In this document: positions 21,895-31,183 of the stretch, piece by piece | Position numbering within the stretch: the first letter of the stretch is position 1 | Layout of the letters: every line of letters starts with the position of its first letter | Assembly: GCA_049942765.1 (NCBI GenBank) | Contig: CP188086.1 | Span: 90,001-122,000 of the forward strand | Length of the DNA stretch: 32,000 bases | DNA from: Candidatus Saccharimonadota bacterium | Lineage (GTDB): Bacteria; Pseudomonadota; Gammaproteobacteria; Enterobacterales; Enterobacteriaceae | Reading direction: 5' to 3' | Program-made: the position numbers and the translations under genes | Notes under the pieces: model-generated | Seen by the model: the letters and a program-made list of their open reading frames with translations, nothing else | Databases searched by the model: none | Told to the model about the DNA's origin: nothing

Positions 21895-22000
21895 GTTGTT
21901 TTGTCAGTTAATTAGTAATGTGAATTTAAATATCTGGTCAGGTTCGGAAGAAAGCATCCAAGTTAAATATATCAGGTACTAATAACGCTGACAAAACACA
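21895..22000 (+). ncRNA. ffs: 4.5S RNA (SRP RNA), ends approximate
   Basis: Contains CTGGTCAGGTTCGGAAGAAAGCATCCAAG, matching the E. coli 4.5S domain IV core CCAGGUCAGGUCCGGAAGGAAGCAGCCAAGG with the GGAA tetraloop. Terminal stem GTTTTGTCAG (21898-21907) pairs with CTGACAAAAC (21988-21997), giving a roughly 100-nt hairpin. Lies between mdlB and dnaX as in E. coli. Confidence 0.85.
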
Positions 22001-22049
22001 TTAAATATATGTATTTGTAATAAAAAATTTATTTTATGTATAAAAAATA

Positions 22050-23813
22050 TTAATTATTTAGAGAATTTTTAGATAATTGTAATGTATACATTTTCCAATA
22101 TTGTCCCTTTTTATTAATTAGTTGATTGTGATTACCTGATTCAATTATCGATCCTTTATCAAAAACATAAATATTGTTTGCTTCTATGATAGAAGATAAT
22201 CTATGAGCAATAACAATTAATGTTGTTTTTTTTTGTAGTAATGATATTGTTTTTTGTATGGTTTGTTCGGTTTCTGAATCAATATTTGCTGTAGCTTCAT
22301 CTAATATTAGAATTTTTGGTTTTAGTATTAAGATTCTAGCAATCGATATTAATTGTTTTTGCCCTCCTGATAAATTATCACCTTGCTCGCCTAATAAGGA
22401 ATGGATGCCATTTGGAAGAGATTTAGCTAAATTATATAATTTCACTTCTTTTAAAACATTCCACACTTTTTCTTCAGAAATTTCTTTACCTAAAGTTATA
22501 TTAGATAGTAATGTATCAGCTAAGATAATGGGATCTTGTTGAACCATATTAATACTGCTTCTTAAGGCAGTATGATTTAAAGAATGTAATTCTCTGTTAT
22601 CGAGATATATTTTACCTTGATAATTTTCAACAGGATAGTAACCCATTAATATATTGGCTAATGTACTTTTACCGCTTCCTGTGTATCCTACAAAAGCACA
22701 AAAACTATTTGATGGAATATGGATGTTAATGTTACTAAGTGTATTAGTGGAATTACATGGAACATATTTAAAACTTAAGTTTTTTATTTCTATTTTTCCA
22801 GTTTTTAATGGTAAACTATCATTTCCGTATTTTTGTTGAGGTGCATCTATGAGTTCGAAAATTCTTTCTCCAGCTACTATAGATTGTTGTAGTATTGATT
22901 GTTGAGCAGTAATTGCTATTAAAGGTTCATTTAATCGACCTAAATAATTTATAAAGGCATATAGTACTCCTACTTCAAAGAAATTCATAGGAAATAAACT
23001 AAACAAAATCATTAAACTAACTAAAATTAGTGCTGAATAAAGACTTAATAATGGTCTTAATAAAAATCCATCTAGTTTTAATGTTTTCATTCTAGATTCA
23101 TAATGTTCTTGACAGGTATTTTTTATATCTTTTTGAAATCGTAATTCTTGTGAAAATTGTTGTATAACATTCATACCATTAATAATTTCATTAAATTTAT
23201 TATTTATTTTAGCTAAGCATAATCGAATGTTTCTTAGTATAGGAATACTATAGTGTTGATAAATTAACATCACTATGATAATAAATGGAAAAATTGTGAT
23301 AGATATTAATGCCATTCTCCATTCCAAAGCAAACATAGCTATGAGTATAACAATTATTAAAGATACACTACGAAATACTGTTACTATAACTGTATCATAT
23401 AATTCTTTAATAACTTCGGTATCATTAGTCACTTTAGAAATAATTTGACCGGTCTGTTGAGTATCGAATATTGACATGGGTTGTTTTAAAGCAGAGTTCA
23501 TTACTTCTGATCTAATTTTCAATACTATATTAATAGCTATTTTACTAAAAATAATGTTTTGTAGATAATGTAAAGATACAGCAATAGTTTGTAATATAAT
23601 AAAACATGTAATAACATAGAGTATAAATTTAATATCAAAACATTGTTTTTCTAACACATTATGAATACAATAGCTAATGAGTATTGGTCCTAATACTTCA
23701 GCAATAGATGCACTTAAAAGTAATATACTAGCTGTAAATAATGATTTTTTCCAAGGGATTCCATACTGTAATAGACGTTTTAGTATAGGCCAAAATGTTA
23801 TTTGATTAGCCAT
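22050..23813 (-). CDS. mdlB: ABC transporter permease/ATP-binding protein MdlB
   Basis: 587 aa. N-terminal 6-TM exporter domain plus an ABC domain: Walker A GYTGSGKST, signature LSGGQKQL, Walker B ILILDEAT. Follows mdlA by 21 nt. Confidence 0.9.
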   Translation of the reverse strand: MANQITFWPILKRLLQYGIPWKKSLFTASILLLSASIAEVLGPILISYCIHNVLEKQCFDIKFILYVITCFIILQTIAVSLHYLQNIIFSKIAINIVLKIRSEVMNSALKQPMSIFDTQQTGQIISKVTNDTEVIKELYDTVIVTVFRSVSLIIVILIAMFALEWRMALISITIFPFIIIVMLIYQHYSIPILRNIRLCLAKINNKFNEIINGMNVIQQFSQELRFQKDIKNTCQEHYESRMKTLKLDGFLLRPLLSLYSALILVSLMILFSLFPMNFFEVGVLYAFINYLGRLNEPLIAITAQQSILQQSIVAGERIFELIDAPQQKYGNDSLPLKTGKIEIKNLSFKYVPCNSTNTLSNINIHIPSNSFCAFVGYTGSGKSTLANILMGYYPVENYQGKIYLDNRELHSLNHTALRSSINMVQQDPIILADTLLSNITLGKEISEEKVWNVLKEVKLYNLAKSLPNGIHSLLGEQGDNLSGGQKQLISIARILILKPKILILDEATANIDSETEQTIQKTISLLQKKTTLIVIAHRLSSIIEANNIYVFDKGSIIESGNHNQLINKKGQYWKMYTLQLSKNSLNN

Positions 23814-23834
23814 ATTTGGACTGCCTTTTATGTT

Positions 23835-25577
23835 TTATTTAAAAAATTTTTGTTGTAATTCTTGATAATGATACATATTTTTATACCAATTATCTTCTTT
23901 CATTAATTCAAGATGAGATTGTTTTGGATATATAGATCCATTTTGTATAAGAATAATTTTGTTCATATTAGTAAGTGTAGATAGTCGATGTGTACTGATA
24001 ATAATAGTATTTTTTTTATTTTTCCATGTTTTAAGATTGTTAAAAATTTTTTGTTCGGTATAAGTATCTACGGCAGATAATGCATCATCTAAAATTAAGA
24101 ATTCAGATTGCAATAACAATGCTCTTGCAATAGTAATTCTTTGTTTTTGTCCTCCTGAAAGTCTAACTCCATTTTCTCCGACTAGGGTATTATATTTATT
24201 TTTAAAATTTACAATTTCTTGATGAACGTGAGCTAGTTTAGCTGCTTGTTCTATTTCTAATTGAGTGGCATTAGGTTTTCCAAAAGCTATGTTATTAGCA
24301 ATAGTATCTGAAAATAAAAAAGTAGTTTGATTAACTACAGATATTTTTTTTCTCCATTCGTTAAGCTTGAGATTGGATAATTGTAAGTTATGATAATAGA
24401 TTTCACCTTTATCAATGTGAAAGTGTCTTTGAATTAATCGAATTAAGGTGGTTTTACCACTTCCAGTTGGTCCACAAATACCGATACTATCACCTGGTAA
24501 AATAATAAAATTAATATTTTTTAAATAATATGATTGGTTATTTGGGTAATAAAATTTTTTTATTTTAAATTCTAAAATACCTGGTTCAGATGGTACAAAA
24601 ATAGATTTATTACATTGTCTGTCATTTTTATTAAGAATAGATTGAATACGATCCCAAGCAGCACTACCTCTTTCTACTATATTGAACATCCAAGCAAATG
24701 CTAACATAGGCCAGATCATCAATCCTAAATACATAATAAAACTTGTGAGTTGTCCTACGGTTATTTTACCGTGCCATACTAACCAACCTCCAAAAATAAT
24801 AGCTAGTAAATTTGAAGAAGCAATAGATAAATGTATTGTAGGATCAAATTTAGCATCAATTTTTGCTACTTGCATATTTTTTAATCCTGCATAATGAGCA
24901 GTTTGTGAAAATTTTTTAGATTGATATTGTTCTAATCCAAATGCTCTTATCATTCTAATGCTAGTTAAACTTTCTTGAGCTTGATTGTTAAGAGATGAAA
25001 ATGCAGATTGTGCTTTTTTAAAATATTGATGTAATTGTTTTCCATATTTTTTTATGATTAAAGCCATAATAGGCATAGGTAATAAAGCAATTATGGTTAA
25101 TGCAAAACTAATTTGAGTAATCATAACTAATAATACTGAGCATCCCATAACTAATGAGTCAACTAATGTTAATACCCCTTCTCCAGCTGCAAATACTACT
25201 CGATCAACATCATTAATAGCTTTAGCTATTAAGTCTCCTGTTCTATTTTGTAAATAAAAAATGGGTGGTTGATGGCTTAAATGTGAATAAAATTTTACTC
25301 TAAGTTCTACTGCTAGTTGGTAAGAAGCACCAAATAATAGAACTCTCCATATATAACGTAAAATATATACTGTAAATGCAGTGATAAACATGATTAAAAT
25401 CCACAGAACTGCATTTTGTCTATGTACATTTTTTTGTGTTACGATATCTACAACAATTCCAACTACTTTTGGAGGAACTAATTGTAAAAAAGAAATAATT
25501 ATTAATAAAGAAATTGATCCTAGATATCGTTTCCATTCTTTTAAAAAATACCATTTTAATTGCTTAAATAATTGCAC
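23835..25577 (-). CDS. mdlA: ABC transporter permease/ATP-binding protein MdlA
   Basis: 580 aa; (M)[60 protein letters not shown] is colinear with E. coli MdlA. Walker [10 protein letters not shown], signature LSGGQKQR, Walker B LILDDALS. Start codon is GTG (25575-25577) with AGGA 7 nt upstream. Confidence 0.92.
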   Translation of the reverse strand: MQLFKQLKWYFLKEWKRYLGSISLLIIISFLQLVPPKVVGIVVDIVTQKNVHRQNAVLWILIMFITAFTVYILRYIWRVLLFGASYQLAVELRVKFYSHLSHQPPIFYLQNRTGDLIAKAINDVDRVVFAAGEGVLTLVDSLVMGCSVLLVMITQISFALTIIALLPMPIMALIIKKYGKQLHQYFKKAQSAFSSLNNQAQESLTSIRMIRAFGLEQYQSKKFSQTAHYAGLKNMQVAKIDAKFDPTIHLSIASSNLLAIIFGGWLVWHGKITVGQLTSFIMYLGLMIWPMLAFAWMFNIVERGSAAWDRIQSILNKNDRQCNKSIFVPSEPGILEFKIKKFYYPNNQSYYLKNINFIILPGDSIGICGPTGSGKTTLIRLIQRHFHIDKGEIYYHNLQLSNLKLNEWRKKISVVNQTTFLFSDTIANNIAFGKPNATQLEIEQAAKLAHVHQEIVNFKNKYNTLVGENGVRLSGGQKQRITIARALLLQSEFLILDDALSAVDTYTEQKIFNNLKTWKNKKNTIIISTHRLSTLTNMNKIILIQNGSIYPKQSHLELMKEDNWYKNMYHYQELQQKFFK

Positions 25578-26606
25578 AAAAATTCCTAAAATTAAATGAT
25601 GTTAAGATTTATTGTTTTATGTTGAGTGTGTTTATTTATTTTATAGTTTAAATTTTATTTTTATTAAATAGTTTATCTTACTTTTTTGATGTATTAAATA
25701 TAATTATATTGATTTTTTATTAAAGTTAATAAATTGATGTTAGTTTTTTATAGTTGTTATCATAACAAATATAACAAAAATATTATATTTTGAATTTATT
25801 TTATAACGATATTTTATATTATTAAATATTCATGATAAGTATTTATAATATTGAATTTTTAATATGTAAGAATATACGGTTTGTATTATTTAATTTATAT
25901 TATCAATGTGTTATTAAATTAATTAATGATTCGATTTATGAATAGGACAATAGAATTTATGAATATTAAGTATTTTAATAAATATTTAATAGAAATATAT
26001 AATTTTATATATTTATTTTTTTAGTTAAAAAACTAGTTACTTAATAAATTATTAAATAATTTTTTTATAAAATATTAATAATTTGTAATATTAATTAAGT
26101 AATTTTGAATAGTCATTATTAATTATAGATAATATGTAATATTCTATTATATAGTTATTTTTAATTTTAGTTGTTTAATAATAAGCTAAATAAATTTTAT
26201 AAAAATTGTATCAATATATATTTTATTACATATTTTGATAAATTTCGATGTTTATCTATGGAATTTTATAAATAAAAAAATTATGTGGTGTATATAATTA
26301 TATTTTAAATAATATATGTTTTTATAATATTAAAAAATATTTTTAGATGTATTTAAGAATATGAAATTTTTTATTTTTTTAATACATTAATTTTTAATAA
26401 AAACAACAGATAAAAATATAAAATAAATAAAATGTATAATTTGTATAATACTCTAAATTAATGTTTTCATATATGTGAAATATTCTAAAATAGTACATTA
26501 TTAAATAATATTAAGGTATGTATATTATTTAACGAATACATATCATATGATATATATCATATTTAAATTTTTAATAATATATTTTTTTATTTTTATGATC
26601 ATTTTT

Positions 26607-28481
26607 TTAGTTTTTTAATAAGGGTATTTTCCCGTATTTTATTTGAGCTTGATTATATAAGTTATGTAAAATGTGATTAAGAATTACTTTTGATTTAGAT
26701 TTTTGTAAATAATGTGTAATAATTTTTATTTCAGAGTTATTAAGTTTATTATGAACTATTTTATAAAAATATATAATAGATAGATCTCCATTTTTATTTT
26801 CTAAAATTTGGTAACGTTTATTTTTTTTGTTGGGATGTTGCATTTTAAATATTAATTTATTAATTATATAGTTATTATTTCTGTCAAGAATAATGGGTTT
26901 ACTAAATTTTAGATGTTGTAGTGACATAGTGTATGTATTGTTAATTTTTAATTCTGAAATGATTTTTTTTCCTATTTCTAAAGCTTTTTGTTTAGCTTTA
27001 TAATATTTTATAATCATTTTTATTTTATTTGTTATTTGTTTAAGTGTTAATAGTTTTGGATTTTTAATTATTTTTATTTTAATTAGATAATTAATATTGT
27101 CATTAATTTTTATATGATGAAAAATAGATTTGTTATGATGTTTTTTAGATTTTTTTTGTGTATTAAGAATAAAATTTGTGATTTTTTTATTGTGAATAAT
27201 TTTAGGAATTGATGTTTGTGTAAACCAATTGGTAGTTTGTATTGGTTGTTTTATTTTTTTTATAATTTGATTCAAGTTGATTTTAGAATTTTTTGAATTA
27301 TAAGTTTTAAATATTTTTAGTATATATTTTAATTGTATAGATCGTTTTTTATATTTTATTTCATTTAATATTGTTTTTTTTACTAGTTTTAATGGTTTAA
27401 TAGTACTGTTTTTAATTTTATTTAATTTAAAGATTACATATCCTGTTTTATATTTTATTATTTTTGATATTTGATTTTTTTTAGTTAAATTAGCTTTTTT
27501 TATTTCCTTTGTTTCTTGATTTTGGGTCATCCAACCTATATTTCCTTTTAAAATAGATGATATTGGATCACTAGATTGTTTTTGAGCTATATCTGAAAAA
27601 TTTTTTTTGTTTTTTTTTAGATTGTATAATATTTTTTGAGCTGTTTCTAATGTATTTGTTTGTATGACACTATATTGTTTTTTACTGGAGGTTCTGTATT
27701 TTTTAATATGTTGTAAATACCAATTTTTAATTTCGTTATTGTTAATTTGAACTGAAATTTTGTTTTTTTGTATCTTAAAATAGTCTAATTTAATAATATT
27801 AGGTGTTATGAATAATGGAGTATATTTCATGAAATGTTTTTCAATTTCATAGTTTTTTATTTTTATATTTTCTAAAAAATTAGATAATGGTATATTAATT
27901 TTTTTAATTATTCTTTGTTCTGATAGTAGTTGAGATAAAAAATATTTTTCAAAATTAGATGTTATGTCATAATCTAGCATATTATGTAATAATTTTTCTT
28001 TATTTTTTTCTAAAATTATTTTTTTTTCATATTCATAAGCTGTAATTCCATGTTTTTTTAATTGTTGTAAGTATGTACTATAATCAAATTTTCCATTTTT
28101 TTTAAAATAAGGATTATGAATAATAATGTTTTTGATCGATTTATGTGTTATTTGAAAACCAATTTTTTTTGCGTATTGTTGTAACAATATATCGTTGATC
28201 AAATTGTATAATATATGATTATAGATATTTTTTTTAAAGGATAATGTATCGATTTTTTTAAAAAAAAAATCTCCTAATTTTTGTCTTTGTTGATTTCTAG
28301 TCATATTATATAGATATTCTATTTCTGAATAACTGATTTTATCTTGGTTTACTATGACAGCATATTGTTCGATATCATTGTATTGATTATTTGTTAAACT
28401 ATTACATAATATGGATATTAATATTGTTATGAAGATAATTTTAATGAAATTTTTTTTAGAAAATATTTTATAATTTTTCAT
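26607..28481 (-). CDS. ppiD: periplasmic chaperone / PPIase-like protein PpiD (highly diverged, K/N/I-rich)
   Basis: 624 aa (E. coli PpiD is 623 aa). N-terminal membrane anchor IIFITILISILC. The parvulin-like segment YSVIQTNTLETAQKILYNLKKNKKNFSDIAQKQSSD..GNIGWM..GYVIFKLNKI aligns with E. coli YSIIQTKTEDEAKAVLDELNKGGDFAALAKEKSAD..GDMGWL..GFLIVRLDDI. Downstream of lon. Confidence 0.85.
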   Translation of the reverse strand: MKNYKIFSKKNFIKIIFITILISILCNSLTNNQYNDIEQYAVIVNQDKISYSEIEYLYNMTRNQQRQKLGDFFFKKIDTLSFKKNIYNHILYNLINDILLQQYAKKIGFQITHKSIKNIIIHNPYFKKNGKFDYSTYLQQLKKHGITAYEYEKKIILEKNKEKLLHNMLDYDITSNFEKYFLSQLLSEQRIIKKINIPLSNFLENIKIKNYEIEKHFMKYTPLFITPNIIKLDYFKIQKNKISVQINNNEIKNWYLQHIKKYRTSSKKQYSVIQTNTLETAQKILYNLKKNKKNFSDIAQKQSSDPISSILKGNIGWMTQNQETKEIKKANLTKKNQISKIIKYKTGYVIFKLNKIKNSTIKPLKLVKKTILNEIKYKKRSIQLKYILKIFKTYNSKNSKINLNQIIKKIKQPIQTTNWFTQTSIPKIIHNKKITNFILNTQKKSKKHHNKSIFHHIKINDNINYLIKIKIIKNPKLLTLKQITNKIKMIIKYYKAKQKALEIGKKIISELKINNTYTMSLQHLKFSKPIILDRNNNYIINKLIFKMQHPNKKNKRYQILENKNGDLSIIYFYKIVHNKLNNSEIKIITHYLQKSKSKVILNHILHNLYNQAQIKYGKIPLLKN

Positions 28482-28561
28482 TTTTTTATTGTTATTGTAA
28501 TATGTTTAAATAAAAGTAGATTTATTTTTTATGTATTTTTTATTTAATTTGATAATAAATA

Positions 28562-28600
28562 GGCTGGCAACGATGATGTATGATTGCCAGCTAATTTTTT
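28562..28600. terminator. GC-rich hairpin between lon and ppiD (probable lon terminator; orientation ambiguous)
   Basis: GGCTGGCAA (28562-28570) pairs with TTGCCAGCT (28584-28592), with a 13-nt loop. T6 run at 28595-28600 on the + strand. On the minus strand (the lon sense) the hairpin is followed by CTATTTATTATC. Begins 45 nt past the lon stop. Confidence 0.45.
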
Positions 28601-28636
28601 AAAGCAAAATTGCATGTTATGCTATAAATTTTTAAA

Positions 28637-30973
28637 TTATTTTTTGTATGGATTATGTTCTAATGCGAGAGTTAATACTTCTGTAATATGTTTTACAGAA
28701 TGTATTTGTAAACCAGAAAGAACATTTTTAGGTATTTCCTCTAGATCTCTTTTATTTTCATCTGGAATTAAGACTTCTTTTATACCTCCTCTATGGGCAG
28801 CTAAAAGTTTTTCTTTGAGACCACCGATAGGTAGTATTTGTCCTCTTAATGTAATTTCTCCAGTCATAGCTACCTCAGATTTAACAGGATTTTTAGTAAA
28901 GCAAGATACAATTGCTGTACACATAGCTATTCCTGCACTAGGTCCATCCTTTGGTGTTGCTCCTTCTGGAACATGAATATGAATATCGTGTTTTTCATAA
29001 AAATTCTGTTTAATTTTTAGTTTTTTTGCTTGTGATCGGACTACAGTTAATGCAGCTTGTATAGATTCTTGCATAACTTCTCCTAATGATCCTGTGTATG
29101 TCAGTTTTCCCTTTCCATTTAAACAAGCTGCTTCTATAGTTAATAAATCTCCTCCTACTTCAGTCCATGCTAATCCAATGACTTGACCTATTTGATTTTT
29201 ATTTTCTGTTTTACCATAATCGAATCGTTGAATTCCTAAATATTTTTTTAAATTATGCTGGGTAACATGAATATTTTTAATAGACTGATCTAATAAAATA
29301 GATTTAACAGTTTTTCTACATATTTTAGAAATTTCTCTTTCTAAATTTCTTACTCCGGATTCTCTAGTGTAATATCGAATAATATTAGTAATTGCCTCAT
29401 CATCTATCGATAATTCATCTAATTTTAAAGCATTTCTAGTAATTTGTTTGTTTTTTAAATAAGATTTAGCTATGTTTAATTTTTCATGTTCTGTATATCC
29501 AGATAGTTTAATTACTTCCATACGATCTAGTAATGGTGTAGGAATATTCATTGAATTAGATGTAGCGACAAACATGATTTCAGATAAATCATAATCAACT
29601 TCTAAATAGTGATCATTAAAAGAAACATTTTGTTCTGGATCTAATACTTCTAATAATGCTGAAACTGGATCTAATCGAATATCGTATGCTATTTTGTCAA
29701 TTTCATCTAAAAGAAACAGTGGGTTTTTAACTTTGGTTTTAGATAATTTTTGTATTATTTTTCCGGGCATTGATCCTATATATGTACGTCGATGTCCTCG
29801 TATTTCAGCTTCATCTCTAATACCTCCTAAAGCCATTCTAATATATTTTCTACCTGTAGCTTTAGCTATAGATTTACCTAATGATGTTTTACCTACACCA
29901 GGTGGTCCTACTAAACATAAAATTGGACCTTTAACTTTAGAAATTCGATTTTGAACAGCTAAATATTCTAGAATTCTTTCTTTAACATTATTTAAACCAA
30001 AATGATCGGCATCTAAAATTATTTTAGCTTGTCTGATATCTTTTTTGATTTTACTTCGTGTATTCCATGGTACTTGTATCATCCATTCAATATAGCTACG
30101 TACTACAGTAGCTTCAGCTGACATGGAAGACATTGTTTTTAATTTTTGTAGTTCATATATTGTTTTTTCTTGTGCTTCTTTTGTCATTTTTGCAGATTTT
30201 ATTTTTGTTTTAAATAATTCATGTTCATCTAGAATTTCATCTATTTCTCCTAGTTCTTTTTGAATTGCTTTCATTTGTTCATTAAGATAATATTCTCGTT
30301 GGCTTTTTTCCATTTGTTGTTTAACTCGATTTCTTATTTTTTTTTCTATATCTAGTAAGTCTATTTCAGTCTCCATCATGGTCATAAGATATTCAAGTCT
30401 ATTATTAACATTAAAATGCTCTAATACGGATTGTTTATTTAATAATTTTAATGGAATGTGTGTTGCAATAGTATCAGCCAATTGTGCAGCATTAGTTATG
30501 TTATAGATGGAATTTAGTATTTCCAATGGTATTTTTTTGCTATTTTTAATGTATTTTTCAAAAGTTTGTGTAGTGGTTTTAATTAGTATTTCTTGTTCTT
30601 TTTCATTAATAATAGGAATATTAATAATATTTATTTCTGCAGAAAAGTAATTTCCATTGTTAATTAGAGATTGAATTTTTGCTCGTTCTAATCCTTCGAC
30701 TAAAACTTTAACTGTTCCATCTGGTAGTTTTAACATCTGTAAAATGGAAGAAATTGTACCTGTTTCAAATAAATCATGTATTTGTGGTTCATCGGTAGAT
30801 GCTTCTTTTTGAGCTACAAGCATGATTTTTTTATCTTTCTTCATAGCTGCTTCAATGCATTTAATTGATTTTTCACGACCTACAAATAATGGAATTACCA
30901 TATATGGGTAAACTACTACATCTCTTAATGGTAATACAGGAATTTCAATTCGTTTAGTATGCTCAATATTCAT
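28637..30973 (-). CDS. lon: ATP-dependent Lon protease
   Basis: 778 aa, colinear with E. coli Lon. IEIPVLPLRDVVVYPxMVIPLFVGREKSI, Walker A GPPGVGKTS, Walker B LFLLDEIDK, catalytic Ser in PKDGPSAGIAMCTA, Lys in IGGLKEKLLAAHRGGIK. Confidence 0.98.
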   Translation of the reverse strand: MNIEHTKRIEIPVLPLRDVVVYPYMVIPLFVGREKSIKCIEAAMKKDKKIMLVAQKEASTDEPQIHDLFETGTISSILQMLKLPDGTVKVLVEGLERAKIQSLINNGNYFSAEINIINIPIINEKEQEILIKTTTQTFEKYIKNSKKIPLEILNSIYNITNAAQLADTIATHIPLKLLNKQSVLEHFNVNNRLEYLMTMMETEIDLLDIEKKIRNRVKQQMEKSQREYYLNEQMKAIQKELGEIDEILDEHELFKTKIKSAKMTKEAQEKTIYELQKLKTMSSMSAEATVVRSYIEWMIQVPWNTRSKIKKDIRQAKIILDADHFGLNNVKERILEYLAVQNRISKVKGPILCLVGPPGVGKTSLGKSIAKATGRKYIRMALGGIRDEAEIRGHRRTYIGSMPGKIIQKLSKTKVKNPLFLLDEIDKIAYDIRLDPVSALLEVLDPEQNVSFNDHYLEVDYDLSEIMFVATSNSMNIPTPLLDRMEVIKLSGYTEHEKLNIAKSYLKNKQITRNALKLDELSIDDEAITNIIRYYTRESGVRNLEREISKICRKTVKSILLDQSIKNIHVTQHNLKKYLGIQRFDYGKTENKNQIGQVIGLAWTEVGGDLLTIEAACLNGKGKLTYTGSLGEVMQESIQAALTVVRSQAKKLKIKQNFYEKHDIHIHVPEGATPKDGPSAGIAMCTAIVSCFTKNPVKSEVAMTGEITLRGQILPIGGLKEKLLAAHRGGIKEVLIPDENKRDLEEIPKNVLSGLQIHSVKHITEVLTLALEHNPYKK

Positions 30974-31183
30974 AGATCTCTCTCTTAGTATTTTTACTTA
31001 ACGAAGAATTGTAAAATAAATTAAGTATGGTGTGTAATCCGTAATTAGTAGGGTTTATTGGAATAAATATTTGAGATTTTGTATTAATAATATCTATTTA
31101 ATGATAGAGTTAGTAGTGCTTTATTACATTATTCATTTCAACATCTCTGATATTATTTCATATTGTTTTGTTGAATTTAAAAT

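Noticed and set aside
22258-22839. ORFs 22258-22542(+) and 22654-22839(+) antisense to mdlB
   Set aside because: Shadow ORFs opposite the conserved ABC domain, with no homologues or RBS.
24682-25599. ORFs 24682-24894(+) and 25381-25599(+) antisense to mdlA
   Set aside because: Shadow ORFs opposite conserved mdlA transmembrane segments.
28584-29954. ORFs 28584-28976(+) and 29694-29954(+) antisense to lon
   Set aside because: These lie opposite the most conserved parts of lon (protease and AAA+ domains). Open antisense frames are expected there from codon bias, and they have no homologues.
31046-31142. Possible sigma32 heat-shock promoter upstream of lon
   Set aside because: On the minus strand there is a -35-like GTTGAAA (complement of 31136-31142) and separately a CCCTACTA (complement of 31046-31053). 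The GTTGAAA has no CCCCAT-like -10 at 13-15 nt. The CCCTACTA is preceded only by a poor CTCAAAT. Neither pair meets the consensus. The htpG upstream region is similarly negative.
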